Below, piece by piece: positions 30,365 through 39,514 of a DNA stretch of 64,000 bases. Source of the DNA: Clostridia bacterium. Its GTDB lineage: Bacteria > Bacillota > Clostridia > Oscillospirales > Acutalibacteraceae. The stretch spans positions 3,501-67,500 of the forward strand of contig JAFSLT010000070.1 of assembly GCA_017448285.1 (NCBI GenBank), written 5' to 3'. The notes beneath the pieces were generated by a model, which was not told the origin of the DNA, searched no databases, and was given only the letters and a program-made list of their open reading frames with translations. The stretch's first letter is position 1; every line of letters begins with the position of its first letter. The position numbers were made by a program, and so were the translations under genes.

Positions 30365-30754
30365 TTAAAAATGCTGTAGCAATAATTCATAAAGCGCATC
30401 CCTGACTTCGTTTTCGGTTTGCTCATCGGGTCCGGTAATAGAAAAAAACACTTCATCTCCTTTTTTCAACCCCAAACCGGTAATTGACAAAATTTGAGAA
30501 GCATCTAAACAATTTCCATTAACTTTTTCTGACCCGGAAGTTTTATCACTTAAAGATGAAGACGACAATTGTTCCGAAACATTTATTTTAGGCGAATTAC
30601 TCGAACATTCTAAGCTTTCAGTTCTTAAACTATTTTCAAAAACTTTCCCAACTTTAATCTTACATTTATTGTATTTATTGGCAAAAGACGCCAAATACCC
30701 CGCCGGCCTAAAATGAACTCCATTTGGATTTTTTATAGTATACTTAAAATTCAT
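30365..30754 (-). CDS. ptsH: HPr-like phosphocarrier protein with a Ser-rich insertion of about 38 aa
   Basis: NGVHFRPAG (His15 motif) and DASQILSITGLGLKKGDEV (Ser46 region) are separated by FENSLRTESLECSSNSPKINVSEQLSSSSLSDKTSGSE. ATG 30754 follows GAGGTG. Confidence 0.75.
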   Translation of the reverse strand: MNFKYTIKNPNGVHFRPAGYLASFANKYNKCKIKVGKVFENSLRTESLECSSNSPKINVSEQLSSSSLSDKTSGSEKVNGNCLDASQILSITGLGLKKGDEVFFSITGPDEQTENEVRDALYELLLQHF

Positions 30755-31009
30755 CAAAGTTATGCACCTCTAAACTTATTAAAGTACAACAAACAACCGA
30801 CCTTTGAATAAAAAACAAAATAACTGAATACAATTATCAAACAAAAACACTGAAAAGTCAAGTATCAAATTCTGTTTTCGAGCTTTATTTTCAAAAAAAT
30901 CAATTTTCTAAAATTATTATCGCCAAAAATTATTGCACAATGAACAAAATATTTAATTCTTAGCGCAAATAAATTTACAATTCATATAAAATTATAATTA
31001 TATTTTCTC

Positions 31010-31699
31010 CTAAAATATATAAGTTCCGATTTGATTTTCCGAAGTAATTTTACTTATTTCTTCAAATTTAAACACTAAAATTGGGATTTTAGCTTCTTTG
31101 CAAAGCGAAATCGCAGTCATATCCATAACATTTAAATTTTTATTTAAAACTTCATCAAAAGCGATTTTATCATACTTAACAGCGTTTTTATCTGTTTTAG
31201 GGTCAGAGGAATAAACGCCATCAACGGTTGTAGCCTTTAAAATAACTTCTGCGTTTATTTCTGCGGCTCTGAGCGCTGCAATAGTATCGGTTGAAAAAAA
31301 CGGCGAGCCTATACCGCAGGAAAAAATCACTATTTTTTCGTCCTCAAGAGCATTTATAGTATCATCTGCCGAAAATGCCGGAACTATTCCCTGAATTTCA
31401 ACCGAAGACTGAATAAGTGTTTTAATACCAATATTATTCAAAATATCCGAAAATGCCAAAGCGTTCATGGCAGTTGCCAAAATGCCCATCTTGTCGGATT
31501 TAACTCGCGAAATTTGTGTGCCGGTTCTGCCTCGCCAAAAATTGCCGGCGCCAATTACTAAACCAATTTGTATTTTAGCATCAAAAAGACTTTTTATCAT
31601 ATTGGCAACTTTATGGCAATTTTCAGAATTAATTCCAAAACCGTTTGAATTTGCCAAAGATTCGCCGCTGAGCTTTAAAATTATGCGTTTAAAATTCAT
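31010..31699 (-). CDS. pyrH: UMP kinase
   Basis: ILKLSGESL...GAGNFWRG motifs. Confidence 0.9.
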   Translation of the reverse strand: MNFKRIILKLSGESLANSNGFGINSENCHKVANMIKSLFDAKIQIGLVIGAGNFWRGRTGTQISRVKSDKMGILATAMNALAFSDILNNIGIKTLIQSSVEIQGIVPAFSADDTINALEDEKIVIFSCGIGSPFFSTDTIAALRAAEINAEVILKATTVDGVYSSDPKTDKNAVKYDKIAFDEVLNKNLNVMDMTAISLCKEAKIPILVFKFEEISKITSENQIGTYIF

Positions 31700-31744
31700 A
31701 AATTCTCCTTAAAATCTTCTCCAGCAATGCCGGATAGAATATTT

Positions 31745-34258
31745 CTATTCAGTACTAAAATCAGACACAGACTGATTTTCTAAAATTTCTTGCCTTTCCG
31801 AATTATTATCTTCAATCGCACCTGTCTGCTCGTCTTGTTCGCCAATATTTTCCTGTTTTTCTATCTCAGTTGCTGCAACCACGATAGAATCACCGGATAA
31901 CCTCATGATTTTAACGCCTTTTGACGACCTCGAGCACTGCCTGACAGAATCCGCTGAAAATCTTATTATAGTGCCGTCAGAAGAAATCGCTATAACATCT
32001 TTATTTAAATCTATATTTAAAATTGCCGCAACTTTGCCGTGCTCCTTAACATGATAATTTATAACTCCAAGCCCGCCGCGACTTTGTAATCTATAATCTG
32101 AAACAGGCGAAATACGCGCATTGCCAGTTTCGGAAACAGTCAATATATTATCATTTTCTTGTGTCGTAATAAAGCCAACAACTTCGTCATTATCTTGTAA
32201 TTTTATAGATCTTACGCCTCTAGAATTCCGACCCAAAACTCTTAACTCATCTTCTTTAAATCTAATCGCCTTGCCGTTCTTCGTAGCAATTAAAAGATAT
32301 TGATTGCCATCTGTAATTTTAACCCATCTTAATTCATCGCCACTATCTAAATTTAAAGCAATCAAGCCGCTTTTTCGTACAGAATTAAAATCAGAAAGTT
32401 TGCAGCGCTTAATAACTCCAAGTTTTGTGTTCATAACTATAAAATTCGAATCTTCAAAATTACTAGTTTTTAAAAGCGAAGTGACTTTTTCGCCCTCAGA
32501 AATCGGCAATAAATTTACGATATTTAAGCCTTTCGAAGTTCTTGAAGATTCAGGAATCTCAAAACATTTAATTTTATAAACTTTTCCTAAATTCGTAAAA
32601 AACATAAGAAAATCATGAGTATTTGCAATTAAAATCTGGTCAGCTGAGTCATGTTCGCGCCTGGACATCCCCGAAATTCCCTTGCCGCCGCGATTTTGCG
32701 TTTTATAAGTACTAATATCTTGAGTTTTAATATAACCAAGTTTTGTAAAAGTAATAATTCTTTGTTCGTTTGGAATTAAATCTTCGACATTGACTTCGCC
32801 GCCGACGCTTAAAATTTCGGTGCGACGCTTATCTGAATATTTTTCTTTTATTTTAGTTATTTCTTCTTTTAAAACTGCCAAAAGTTTTTGCGGATTCGCA
32901 AGAAGTTCGTTAAAATATGCTATTTTTTCCATTAGCGCTTTTATTTCGTTTTCGATTTTTTCTCTTTCGAGCCCAGTTAATTTTCCTAAAGGCATTTGAA
33001 CTATCGCTTGGGTTTGAATATCGTCTAGATTAAATCTTTCAGAAAGCTTTAATTTTGCGTCGCTTACAGATTTAGAGCTTCTGATTATCGAAATTACTTC
33101 GTCGATGTTATCAATTGCCGTTTTTAAGCCTTCGAGTATATGGCATCTGTCTTGTGCTTTTTTTAAATCAAATTTTGTACGCCTTGTTATTATTTCGACT
33201 TGAAAATCTATATAAATTTTTAAAGCTGATTTTAAATTTAAAATTTTAGGCTCACCATTTACGATTGCAAGCATTATAACGCTAAAATTAGTTTGAAGTT
33301 GCGAAAAATTATAAACTTGATTCAGTGCAACTTCAGGGGAAAATCCTGATTTTACGCTGATTTCAATTCTCAAGCCATCTCTATCGGAATGGTCTTCAAT
33401 TTTAGAAATTCCATTTATTTTTTTTTCTTTTATTAAATTTGCAATATGTTCTATCGTAGCGGCTTTATTTACTTGATACGGGATTTCAGTAATTATAATT
33501 TTAAATTTATTGCCGTCTTCGATAATTTCGCTCTTGGCTCTGACTGTAATTCTGCCGCGCCCGGTTGCATATGCATTTTTTATGCCTGATAGACCCATAA
33601 TTTGAGCACCGGTCGGAAAATCCGGGCCTTTTATAAATTTCATGAGTTCTGTAACTTCTGCATCAGGATTATCGATTAAATAACAAATAGCGTCTATGAC
33701 TTCGCCTAAATTGTGCGGCGGAATATTAGTTGCCATACCGACGGCAATTCCTGTAGAACCGTTTACAAGCAAATTTGGGAATCTTGCAGGCAAAACTACA
33801 GGCTCTTTTAATCTATCGTCATAATTTGGCCTAAAATCAACAGTTTCTTTATCGATATCTGTTAAAATTTCGGCAGCGATTTTACTCATACGGGCTTCGG
33901 TATAACGATAAGCTGCCGGAGGGTCGCCATCAATAGAACCAAAATTTCCGTGACCGTCAACCAGCATATAACGCGTCGAAAAATCCTGAGCAAGTCTCAC
34001 GAGTGCATCATAAACCGAAGAATCTCCATGCGGGTGGTATCTACCAAGCACTGAACCGACTGTGTCAGCGCATTTTCTGTAGGGCTTTTCGGCAGTTAAA
34101 TTATTTTCAAATAAAGTATATAAAATCCTTCGATGGACCGGCTTTAAACCATCGCGCGCGTCGGGCAGAGCCCTCGAAACAATGACCGACATCGAATAAT
34201 CCAAAAAAGATTTCCGCATTTCGTCATTGATATCGACGAGTATTATCTTATTATCCAT
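31745..34258 (-). CDS. gyrA: DNA gyrase subunit A
   Basis: [16 protein letters not shown] and [10 protein letters not shown], with a long C-terminal beta-pinwheel region. ATG 34258 follows GAGGAAGG. Confidence 0.95.
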   Translation of the reverse strand: MDNKIILVDINDEMRKSFLDYSMSVIVSRALPDARDGLKPVHRRILYTLFENNLTAEKPYRKCADTVGSVLGRYHPHGDSSVYDALVRLAQDFSTRYMLVDGHGNFGSIDGDPPAAYRYTEARMSKIAAEILTDIDKETVDFRPNYDDRLKEPVVLPARFPNLLVNGSTGIAVGMATNIPPHNLGEVIDAICYLIDNPDAEVTELMKFIKGPDFPTGAQIMGLSGIKNAYATGRGRITVRAKSEIIEDGNKFKIIITEIPYQVNKAATIEHIANLIKEKKINGISKIEDHSDRDGLRIEISVKSGFSPEVALNQVYNFSQLQTNFSVIMLAIVNGEPKILNLKSALKIYIDFQVEIITRRTKFDLKKAQDRCHILEGLKTAIDNIDEVISIIRSSKSVSDAKLKLSERFNLDDIQTQAIVQMPLGKLTGLEREKIENEIKALMEKIAYFNELLANPQKLLAVLKEEITKIKEKYSDKRRTEILSVGGEVNVEDLIPNEQRIITFTKLGYIKTQDISTYKTQNRGGKGISGMSRREHDSADQILIANTHDFLMFFTNLGKVYKIKCFEIPESSRTSKGLNIVNLLPISEGEKVTSLLKTSNFEDSNFIVMNTKLGVIKRCKLSDFNSVRKSGLIALNLDSGDELRWVKITDGNQYLLIATKNGKAIRFKEDELRVLGRNSRGVRSIKLQDNDEVVGFITTQENDNILTVSETGNARISPVSDYRLQSRGGLGVINYHVKEHGKVAAILNIDLNKDVIAISSDGTIIRFSADSVRQCSRSSKGVKIMRLSGDSIVVAATEIEKQENIGEQDEQTGAIEDNNSERQEILENQSVSDFSTE

Positions 34259-34357
34259 AACCTTCCTCAAAATTTAGACTATATACTCTATTATATAGTT
34301 TTTAATAACATTTACAAGTCAAAAATCAAATTGGTATTAAAAAATGCATAAACAATA

Positions 34358-34422
34358 TATTTCTCCGGCGTCGCCGGAAGGAGCATTTCCTATTTTAATT
34401 TTTAAGTTTCGAAAGAATTCTA
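34358..34422. repeat. PE copy with one long arm
   Basis: ttctccggcgtcgccggaaggagcatttcctattttaatttttaagtttcgaaagaattcta. It is a direct repeat of 34735..34790. Confidence 0.9.
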
Positions 34423-34440
34423 TTTTTTTAATGTTTTTTG

Positions 34441-34469
34441 TTGAGTTTAACTTTTTAATATATTAAAAT
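34441..34469 (+). promoter_or_regulatory. Sigma-A-type promoter of the toxin-like transcript (copy 2)
   Basis: TTGAGT, 17 bp spacer, TAAAAT. Confidence 0.5.
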
Positions 34470-34543
34470 AAGCATTGTGGCTTGGAAACGCGGGTTCATC
34501 TTGAATTTATCTCGAATTTCGAGGAAAAGCGAGGTGATGAAAT

Positions 34544-34660
34544 ATGTTATTTACTATTCTTAATTTATTGTTTAATATAATTAAATTTATTATACAAGTA
34601 AAAAAACAGAAAAATAACAACCGCGATCGCAACGTGGTTGTTATTATAGTTAAACTTTAA
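34544..34660 (+). CDS. Small hydrophobic peptide (type I toxin candidate, 38 aa)
   Basis: RBS gaggtga. Product is MLFTILNLLFNIIKFIIQVKKQKNNNRDRNVVVIIVKL. Confidence 0.4.
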   Translation: MLFTILNLLFNIIKFIIQVKKQKNNNRDRNVVVIIVKL

Positions 34661-34689
34661 ACTTAATAATCGGCCCGCGACCAAGCCAC
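34598..34689 (-). ncRNA. Candidate antisense (antitoxin) RNA, copy 2
   Basis: Lies downstream of the minus-strand promoter at 34696..34724. A 10-bp stem (34613..34622 with 34636..34645) is followed by tttctgttttttt on the minus strand. Confidence 0.4.
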
Positions 34690-34695
34690 ACTTTT

Positions 34696-34724
34696 ATTAT
34701 ATCATAAAATTTTGAAAATATCAA
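34696..34724 (-). promoter_or_regulatory. Convergent sigma-A-type promoter (antisense RNA, copy 2)
   Basis: On the minus strand: TTGATA, 17 bp spacer, TATAAT. Confidence 0.55.
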
Positions 34725-34734
34725 CTCAAGTTTT

Positions 34735-34790
34735 TTCTCCGGCGTCACCGGAGGAAGCATTTCCGATTTTAATTTTTAAGTTTCGAAAAA
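34735..34790. repeat. PE copy with one long arm
   Basis: ttctccggcgtcaccggaggaagcatttccgattttaatttttaagtttcgaaaaa. Confidence 0.9.
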
Positions 34791-34825
34791 AAATAAAAAT
34801 TTTCATGAAAAATATCAATTCATGC

Positions 34826-34853
34826 TTGACAAATTTTTTTTTGTGTATATAAT
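34826..34853 (+). promoter_or_regulatory. Leader-family promoter block
   Basis: cTTGACAaatttt, 16 bp spacer, TATAAT. Confidence 0.6.
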
Positions 34854-34923
34854 TAAAAATAATGCAGCATTTTGCCTGCATTGAACATTTAAACTTTAAT
34901 CATATATTTAGGAGGTAGTTTTT

Positions 34924-35796
34924 ATGTCGAAATTCGATAAGAAGACAATCGCAACAGTTTTGGCGTTTGCGGCACTTTTTGGTAATAAAACTTCGGCAAC
35001 AACAGTAAATCCCCAAACCGTTGGGGCAGTAGGGGGAGCGGCTTCAAGTCATTCTGAAAAGCTCAAGAAAACTCAAGGTATGGGCATCGGTGCAAAAGTT
35101 GCAATTGGAGCAGCGGCACTGGTTGGCGCATATGCTACTGCAAATGAGGTTTTGGGCGATACCGGTCTTGTCAATCACCCTGCAATGGGAAGGTACACCA
35201 TCAAAAAAACAATTGGGTATTTGATGAGAGATTTTAAAAAAGAAGAGGCATTGATCGATAATATTGTTGAGTTTATTGATAATTCCGGTGCAAATGAGGT
35301 TTTTGAATTATTCTCAAAGAAATTGAAAAATTTGGGAATAGATTTGAAATCTTTACTGAGTGGGAACTTTCTGCCAAATGTAACACAAACACAAAAACAA
35401 GAAATTCTGAAGGCAAAAAATGAAATTTTAGCAGAAAATAAAAATTTAGTATCTAATATTAAAATCGACAAATATTCATTGGGCTTTAATACCGAAGAAG
35501 ATAAAAATGTAACTAAGTTAGAACTATTAAATTTATTACCAATAATTAGTATTTCATTAAAAAGTATTAGTGAAAATTTAAAAGATTTTAGTTATCATTC
35601 TACTGGAGTATTTAAATCTGATTTATCTAAAAACAGTGTTTTTTTGGGTAATGAAGATATTAATTTTATTTTAACTTTAAATAACGATGGCAGTTTAACA
35701 ATAAAAGGTTGTGCCAAAAAGTATACTGACCCACTTAGTGGCAAAATTATAGATAATTTTAATTATCAGTTTACAATTTCTGCCCCTAAAAAATAA
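34924..35796 (+). CDS. Leader-family protein (function unknown)
   Basis: Leader MSKFDKKTIATVLAFAALFGNKTSA, then a Gly/Ala-rich helix GMGIGAKVAIGAAALVGAYATA. RBS aggagg. Confidence 0.75.
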   Translation: MSKFDKKTIATVLAFAALFGNKTSATTVNPQTVGAVGGAASSHSEKLKKTQGMGIGAKVAIGAAALVGAYATANEVLGDTGLVNHPAMGRYTIKKTIGYLMRDFKKEEALIDNIVEFIDNSGANEVFELFSKKLKNLGIDLKSLLSGNFLPNVTQTQKQEILKAKNEILAENKNLVSNIKIDKYSLGFNTEEDKNVTKLELLNLLPIISISLKSISENLKDFSYHSTGVFKSDLSKNSVFLGNEDINFILTLNNDGSLTIKGCAKKYTDPLSGKIIDNFNYQFTISAPKK

Positions 35797-35813
35797 TTTT
35801 GGTTTTTTAAATA

Positions 35814-35878
35814 TTCTCTCCGGCAGCGCCAGAGGGAGTATTTCTTATTTTAATTTTTAAGTTTCGAAAGAAATCTAA
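35814..35878. repeat. PE copy with one long arm
   Basis: ttctctccggcagcgccagagggagtatttcttattttaatttttaagtttcgaaagaaatcta. Confidence 0.9.
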
Positions 35879-35897
35879 TGACTTTTGCAATATTTAT

Positions 35898-35926
35898 TTG
35901 ATTTTTTTGTTTTTAATTGATATAAT
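35898..35926 (+). promoter_or_regulatory. Promoter of the candidate antitoxin sRNA
   Basis: TTGATT, 17 bp spacer, TATAAT. Confidence 0.55.
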
Positions 35927-35932
35927 AACAGC

Positions 35933-36018
35933 AAGAATCCCGCTTTGAGCGGTTGGTCCTTATATTTCAACCGTGGATTTAATAACCGCAGTCTTTAACA
36001 CAGGTGCGGTTATTTTTT
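35933..36018 (+). ncRNA. Candidate antitoxin sRNA (about 86 nt)
   Basis: Runs from the predicted TSS to the hairpin aaccgca...tgcggtt plus T6. It is fully complementary to the 3' part of the minus-strand toxin transcript. Confidence 0.45.
35984..36018. terminator. Bidirectional stem-loop shared by convergent transcripts
   Basis: aaccgcagtctttaacacaggtgcggtt, followed by tttttt on the plus strand. Confidence 0.5.
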
Positions 36019-36090
36019 AATGTATATAATAATAATTAACATTAAAAATAATATGAGGAAAATTAATGCTAATGATTCCTTCATAGCCAT
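36010..36090 (-). CDS. Small hydrophobic peptide (Fst-like type I toxin candidate)
   Basis: RBS gaggtg. Product is MAMKESLALIFLILFLMLIIIIYIKK (a second ATG at 36084 is also possible). The stop codon lies inside the terminator stem. Confidence 0.5.
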   Translation of the reverse strand: MAMKESLALIFLILFLMLIIIIYIKK

Positions 36091-36148
36091 CACCTCACTT
36101 TATTGAGGAGTGACCAACCGCCCTTTTCGGACAATTCTTGCTGAGAGT

Positions 36149-36177
36149 ATTCTATCAAACAAAATTTATTTTTTCAA
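36149..36177 (-). promoter_or_regulatory. Promoter of the toxin-like transcript (copy 3)
   Basis: On the minus strand: TTGAAA, 17 bp spacer, TAGAAT. Confidence 0.55.
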
Positions 36178-36250
36178 TGTAAAAAGAGATGTTAAATTGA
36201 AAAAAATTTAAATATTCTTCGGATTTTTCGAGAAAAATTTTTTTAAATAT

Positions 36251-36277
36251 ATTCCCTCCGGCATTGCCGGAGAGAAT
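36251..36277. repeat. PE copy
   Basis: attccctccggcattgccggagagaat, followed by ttttt. It lies 24 bp beyond the folE stop. Confidence 0.85.
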
Positions 36278-36300
36278 TTTTATATTTGAAATAAGCCCAG

Positions 36301-36876
36301 TTAACTTTTTAAATTTTCCAAAAACGATAACTTCAAAGTTTCACTTTTTAAAAATTCTCCGCCCATATTTGTTGTTACTGTCTTTGACGATACATTATGT
36401 ATCCCTCTTGCGGTCACGCAACTGTGTTTGGCTTCGATGTGAACTGCTATGCTATCGCTTTTAGTCAAAATTCGCATGATATCAATTATGTCTTCGGCGA
36501 TTTTTTCCTGCAATTGTAATCTTTTACAGACCATATCAACTAATCTTACAATTTTTGAAAGACCTAAAACAAAATTTTGTGGTATATAACCGACTGAAAC
36601 TTTCATATCATACATAAGTGCAATATGATGCTCGCATAAACTAAAAACTTCAATATCCTTAACAACGACCATATTTTTAGAATCAGTTCTAACATCTACT
36701 TCGAAAGTCTTATTGACTTCATTCGCAATTTCTTCATTCGAAATATTTTCATACGAAGTAAGATACCGCATCATACCTACGAAACGTTTAGGCGTTTCAT
36801 CCATAAGTTTGATCCCTAAACACTCAAAAAGCTCTCTCGTTAATTCTTGAGCTTTGTCAACATCACTACTTCTCAT
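36301..36876 (-). CDS. folE: GTP cyclohydrolase I
   Basis: FSLCEHHIALMYDMKVSVGYIP core. Confidence 0.9.
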   Translation of the reverse strand: MRSSDVDKAQELTRELFECLGIKLMDETPKRFVGMMRYLTSYENISNEEIANEVNKTFEVDVRTDSKNMVVVKDIEVFSLCEHHIALMYDMKVSVGYIPQNFVLGLSKIVRLVDMVCKRLQLQEKIAEDIIDIMRILTKSDSIAVHIEAKHSCVTARGIHNVSSKTVTTNMGGEFLKSETLKLSFLENLKS

Positions 36877-37210
36877 AAACAGCCTTATTATTCTCAGTTT
36901 CCATAACTTCTACCTTAAAACATTTGTCGCCCGACAAATCAAAAACGTACTTAGCAATGTTTTCCATAGTAGGTTGAGGAATTAACTTATTTAACTCTTT
37001 ATGGTCAAAAGCTTCAACTACAGCATTTTTTATTTTACTACAATCACAGACCACTCCATCTTCATTGAGTGACTCCGACCTACAAAAAACTTTTATTATG
37101 TAATTGTGACCGTGTAAATTACAGTCTTTAGAATTATGGTTCAAATTTAAATAATGTGATGATGAAATTTTTATTGTCTTTATAAGTGTATACACAAACT
37201 TATTCACCAC
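36866..37210 (-). CDS. queD: 6-carboxy-5,6,7,8-tetrahydropterin synthase
   Basis: SSSHYLN...CNLHGHNY motifs. GTG start. It overlaps folE by 11 nt. Confidence 0.8.
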   Translation of the reverse strand: MVNKFVYTLIKTIKISSSHYLNLNHNSKDCNLHGHNYIIKVFCRSESLNEDGVVCDCSKIKNAVVEAFDHKELNKLIPQPTMENIAKYVFDLSGDKCFKVEVMETENNKAVYEK

Positions 37211-37850
37211 TTCCTAATATTTCTAAACTAAGTTTTCGTTCAAGACAACCAAAACATTTACCACATGGCTTTTTATAGCTTACAAAACAGCTCCATGTTA
37301 ATTCTACTGGTATATGCATATTTGATTCTTTTGCCATACGCATAATTTCTAATTTTGACGAATTCAAAAATGGCGTTAATAGCTTTAAATTACTAACAGA
37401 ACCATAAAATATAGCCTTTGATTGGGCTTTTAAAAACTCTAAAGAACAATCAGGATAATGAAAAGACGCACTCGATGTCGTACCAAATATAATATTCTTA
37501 TAGCCTATATAATAAACATGAGCAGCAACAACAGAAATCATAACACTATTTAAAAAAGGCATGTAATAATCATTAAATTTTTGAAAATCTAAAGAGGATG
37601 GTACAGTCATACCATCATACAAACTACTTACATCCAAAATTTTTAAATGAACATTGTAATATTTTGCTAATTGCTCTACACACTTTTGTTCTTTTAAAAC
37701 TTGTTTTGGATTAAAAATAACAAAGAAAGCCTTTAAAGATGACTTCAACTCTTTTTCCCTTAAAAAAGACAACAAAACCGCACTTGTTAAGCCACCGCTC
37801 AACATCACTGCGCTCGGTACATCTTCAAATTCAAAATTATTCATATTCAT
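37200..37850 (-). CDS. queC: 7-cyano-7-deazaguanine synthase
   Basis: PP-loop-like MLSGGLTSAV and a C-terminal Cys cluster CGKCFGCLERK. Confidence 0.7.
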   Translation of the reverse strand: MNMNNFEFEDVPSAVMLSGGLTSAVLLSFLREKELKSSLKAFFVIFNPKQVLKEQKCVEQLAKYYNVHLKILDVSSLYDGMTVPSSLDFQKFNDYYMPFLNSVMISVVAAHVYYIGYKNIIFGTTSSASFHYPDCSLEFLKAQSKAIFYGSVSNLKLLTPFLNSSKLEIMRMAKESNMHIPVELTWSCFVSYKKPCGKCFGCLERKLSLEILGSGE

Positions 37851-37937
37851 GATTTATGTAAACCATTTCTAAGAATCTATGGCCATTATTTCTCACTTAC
37901 ATACTTTGTTAAAACGTTTGTAAATACAAGTTCTAAC

Positions 37938-38279
37938 ATACAAGCAAACCTATAAGCCGAGTTCTGTCTATGTGATCATCTATCTTGGCCTGAAATTACT
38001 CTCAAGCTCACTGCCACCTCTGAAAACAGCCGAGCAAGCTTTTTTCGTTTTCCTCGCGGTGTTGCTCCGGGTAGGGTTTACGTAGCAAGCCAGTTGCCTG
38101 ACCTCCTGGTGAGCTCTTACCTCGCCTTTCCACCCTTGCCTTTCGGCGGTTACTTTCTGTCGCACTATCCCTAAGGTTTCCCTCGGCGGCGGTTAACCGT
38201 TACCCTGCTCTTTGGAGCTCGGACTTTCCTCACTTTTATACTTTCGTAATCAAAAGCGCGATCACCCGGTCTGCTCAAA
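37938..38279 (-). ncRNA. rnpB: RNase P RNA (bacterial type B-like)
   Basis: The minus strand contains GAGGAAAGTCCGAGCTC and ACAGAACTCGGCTTATAG, the universal conserved regions. It is a GC-rich island. P1 pairs gagcagacc with ggtttgctt. Ends are approximate to about 10 nt. Confidence 0.85.
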
Positions 38280-38283
38280 TTCT

Positions 38284-38311
38284 ATTGTAAATAATGAGTT
38301 ATTTTTTGCAA
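38284..38311 (-). promoter_or_regulatory. Candidate rnpB promoter
   Basis: On the minus strand: TTGCAA, 16 bp spacer, TACAAT, ending about 6 nt before the predicted P1 5' end. Confidence 0.5.
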
Positions 38312-38514
38312 GTCGTCGAAGCAGAATTTTCATCATAAATGGATTTTTTTCGATATAATAATACATCAAACGCGCTTGAAAAAGTCAATATACTCTTTCA
38401 AAAAATTTAAGTTATCCCCGGGAATACTGGAGGGGACGCCTTTTTCAAACATAATTTTTCAATGCCTTGAGAAAAATTAATTTATTGATTTTTTTCTGAC
38501 CTATAAAATATAGT

Positions 38515-38535
38515 TTTTCCGGCGTCGCCGGAAAG
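38515..38535. repeat. PE copy
   Basis: ttttccggcgtcgccggaaag. Confidence 0.85.
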
Positions 38536-38564
38536 AATACATATTAATTTTATCTATTTTTCCC

Positions 38565-38593
38565 TTGACAAATTGATTTTTATGTTTTATACT
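38565..38593 (+). promoter_or_regulatory. Leader-family promoter block
   Basis: cTTGACAaattga, 17 bp spacer, TATACT. Confidence 0.6.
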
Positions 38594-38653
38594 GTAGGAT
38601 GGTCGTGCGAAAATTGCTTTTTAAATTTTTAAATCAATTGGAGGTAGTTTCAT

Positions 38654-39426
38654 ATGCCAAAATTCAATAGAAAGAAAATAGCATTAACACTTGTATGTGC
38701 ATCAATTTTGGGCGGTAAAACTCAAGCAGCTCAAAATATTAAAACCGAGCAAACCCTTGCGGCAGTAGGGGGGGTTCTTCTAAGTTTAATAAACTCACTA
38801 AAAAACAAAAAATTGCCATTGGGTTGGGAGTAGGATTAGGAGTCGTTTCAATTGGGGTTATCAGTACTATAATTGCACTTGCAATTAAAGGTAAAAATAG
38901 TAATACCAATAATGGTAATCCTACAAAAGTTAAGAATGCAATGAACGAATTAGAAAATAAAGGTGAGATTCAACAGAAAGACAAAAAAGGTGAGTTCTAT
39001 GAAAAAAATCAAAAAATGATCAAAGATGGTACTGCGAAATTAGGTGATGAGCCACAAAAAAGATATGATGCTATAAGAAAACTTATATTAAATTATAAAG
39101 ATAATGACCTTTCAAGTCATATTAGCAATATTTATGATACAATTGATGATTGTATTATACAAAATTCAGATAATATAAAAAACGAACACCGAGAAAAGTA
39201 TATTAAAATGTTGGATGAATTTATTAATATTTATTCCGGGGAAAAAGAGCTCACAAAATTTTCTGCTGAAGACAATGATAATTTTGGTTTAATTGTAGAA
39301 GTTCAATCCAAAGATATTCATTACACTATATATTCAAACGAGATAAAAGTAGAAAAGGTTAACAATAATGATGAAGTTATACTTAATATGAATATTAATG
39401 TTGAAGATTTTTTAGATTTAGATTGA
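38654..39426 (+). pseudogene. Leader-family gene interrupted by a frameshift in a G7 tract (phase-variable, pseudogene or sequencing error)
   Basis: ATG 38654 gives MPKFNRKKIALTLVCASILGGKTQA...AAVGG, then the G7 run (38768..38774). The paralog-like sequence GSSKFNKLTKKQKIAIGLGVGLGVV continues in the +1 frame through 39426. Confidence 0.8.
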
Positions 39427-39514
39427 TATTAATTATTTTGGAATGCTGTTGCAAAGATAAAAAATAATTTTTAACTTTTAAATATGCTTACTATACTTGA
39501 GGGAAATTATTATT

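Larger units (their letters stand above)
34441..34724 (+). other. Type I toxin-antitoxin-like module, copy 2
   Basis: Same architecture and conserved 5'/3' flanks as 639..925, but the small ORF differs. It is bracketed by two direct PE copies. Confidence 0.5.
35898..36177 (-). other. Type I toxin-antitoxin-like module, copy 3 (Fst/par-like layout)
   Basis: Convergent consensus promoters, a shared bidirectional terminator, a 24-26 codon hydrophobic ORF on the minus strand, and 5'/3' complementary ends. Confidence 0.55.

Noticed and set aside
37851-37937. A preQ1 riboswitch upstream of queC
   Set aside because: I read the 85-nt leader on the minus strand and found no P1 stem plus A-rich tail/ACUA(A)GG pattern of preQ1-I, and no preQ1-II/III features. 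I saw no convincing SD-sequestering fold either.
37980-38165. A 61-aa ORF on the minus strand
   Set aside because: It lies entirely inside the RNase P RNA gene, in the GC-rich conserved core. It is not coding.
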